From positions 32,001 through 96,000 of IMG/VR virus record IMGVR_UViG_3300032722_000006: a DNA stretch of 64,000 nt; one strand, given 5' to 3'. The position numbers were made by a program, and so were the translations under genes. The notes under the pieces were generated by a model that was not told where the DNA came from, did not search any database, and saw only the letters and a list, made by a program, of their open reading frames with translations. The stretch is from a virus. Of the stretch, positions 63,970 to 64,000 are shown piece by piece; positions within the stretch are counted from its first letter, which is position 1; each line of letters opens with the position of its first letter.

Positions 63970-64000
63970 GAACTTCCTTTGCTAGCCAGTGTGATTTGTT

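Noticed and set aside
1-64000. Genome-wide stop-codon reassignment (TAG or TGA)
   Set aside because: Long genes are intact in the standard code; TGA ends most structural genes and TAG ends several (3008, 4023, 16081, 44066); only one internal TAG was seen.

Overview
A 64-kb segment of a large (jumbo-type) myovirus-like bacteriophage genome. The + strand (1-41.9 kb) carries an NAD/ADP-ribose and translation-rescue block (NAMPT, CX5R phosphatase, macrodomain, PTH2, a tRNA with a UCA anticodon), a Cas4/RecB-like nuclease, two GT-B glycosyltransferases, a gp55-like late sigma factor and a contractile-tail module (spike/hub, gp25-like, gp6-like, LamG wedge, Ser/Gly/Thr-rich fibres, three tandem paralogous virion proteins). 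The mostly - strand right part (42-64 kb) holds 35 tRNA genes read by eye (one with a degenerate anticodon loop; all six Arg anticodons present), a type A RNase P RNA, several tRNA-like or structured RNAs, homing endonucleases abutting tRNA genes, three RNA-ligase-family genes, a second PTH2, NADAR, GNAT, a VWA metallopeptidase and an L7/L12-CTD-like protein. Most notable: (i) a candidate recoding operon in which a leaderless uORF ends in UGA-A, its +1 frame carries an RGPP arrest-type motif, and the operon ends in a tRNA whose 8-nt anticodon loop contains UUCA; (ii) a phage RNase P RNA embedded among non-canonical tRNAs; (iii) a lone in-frame TAG splitting a tail fibre; (iv) a late-promoter motif coinciding with an N-terminal I/L-x-E helix on putative packaged proteins. 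All calls were made by eye; no database searches were run.
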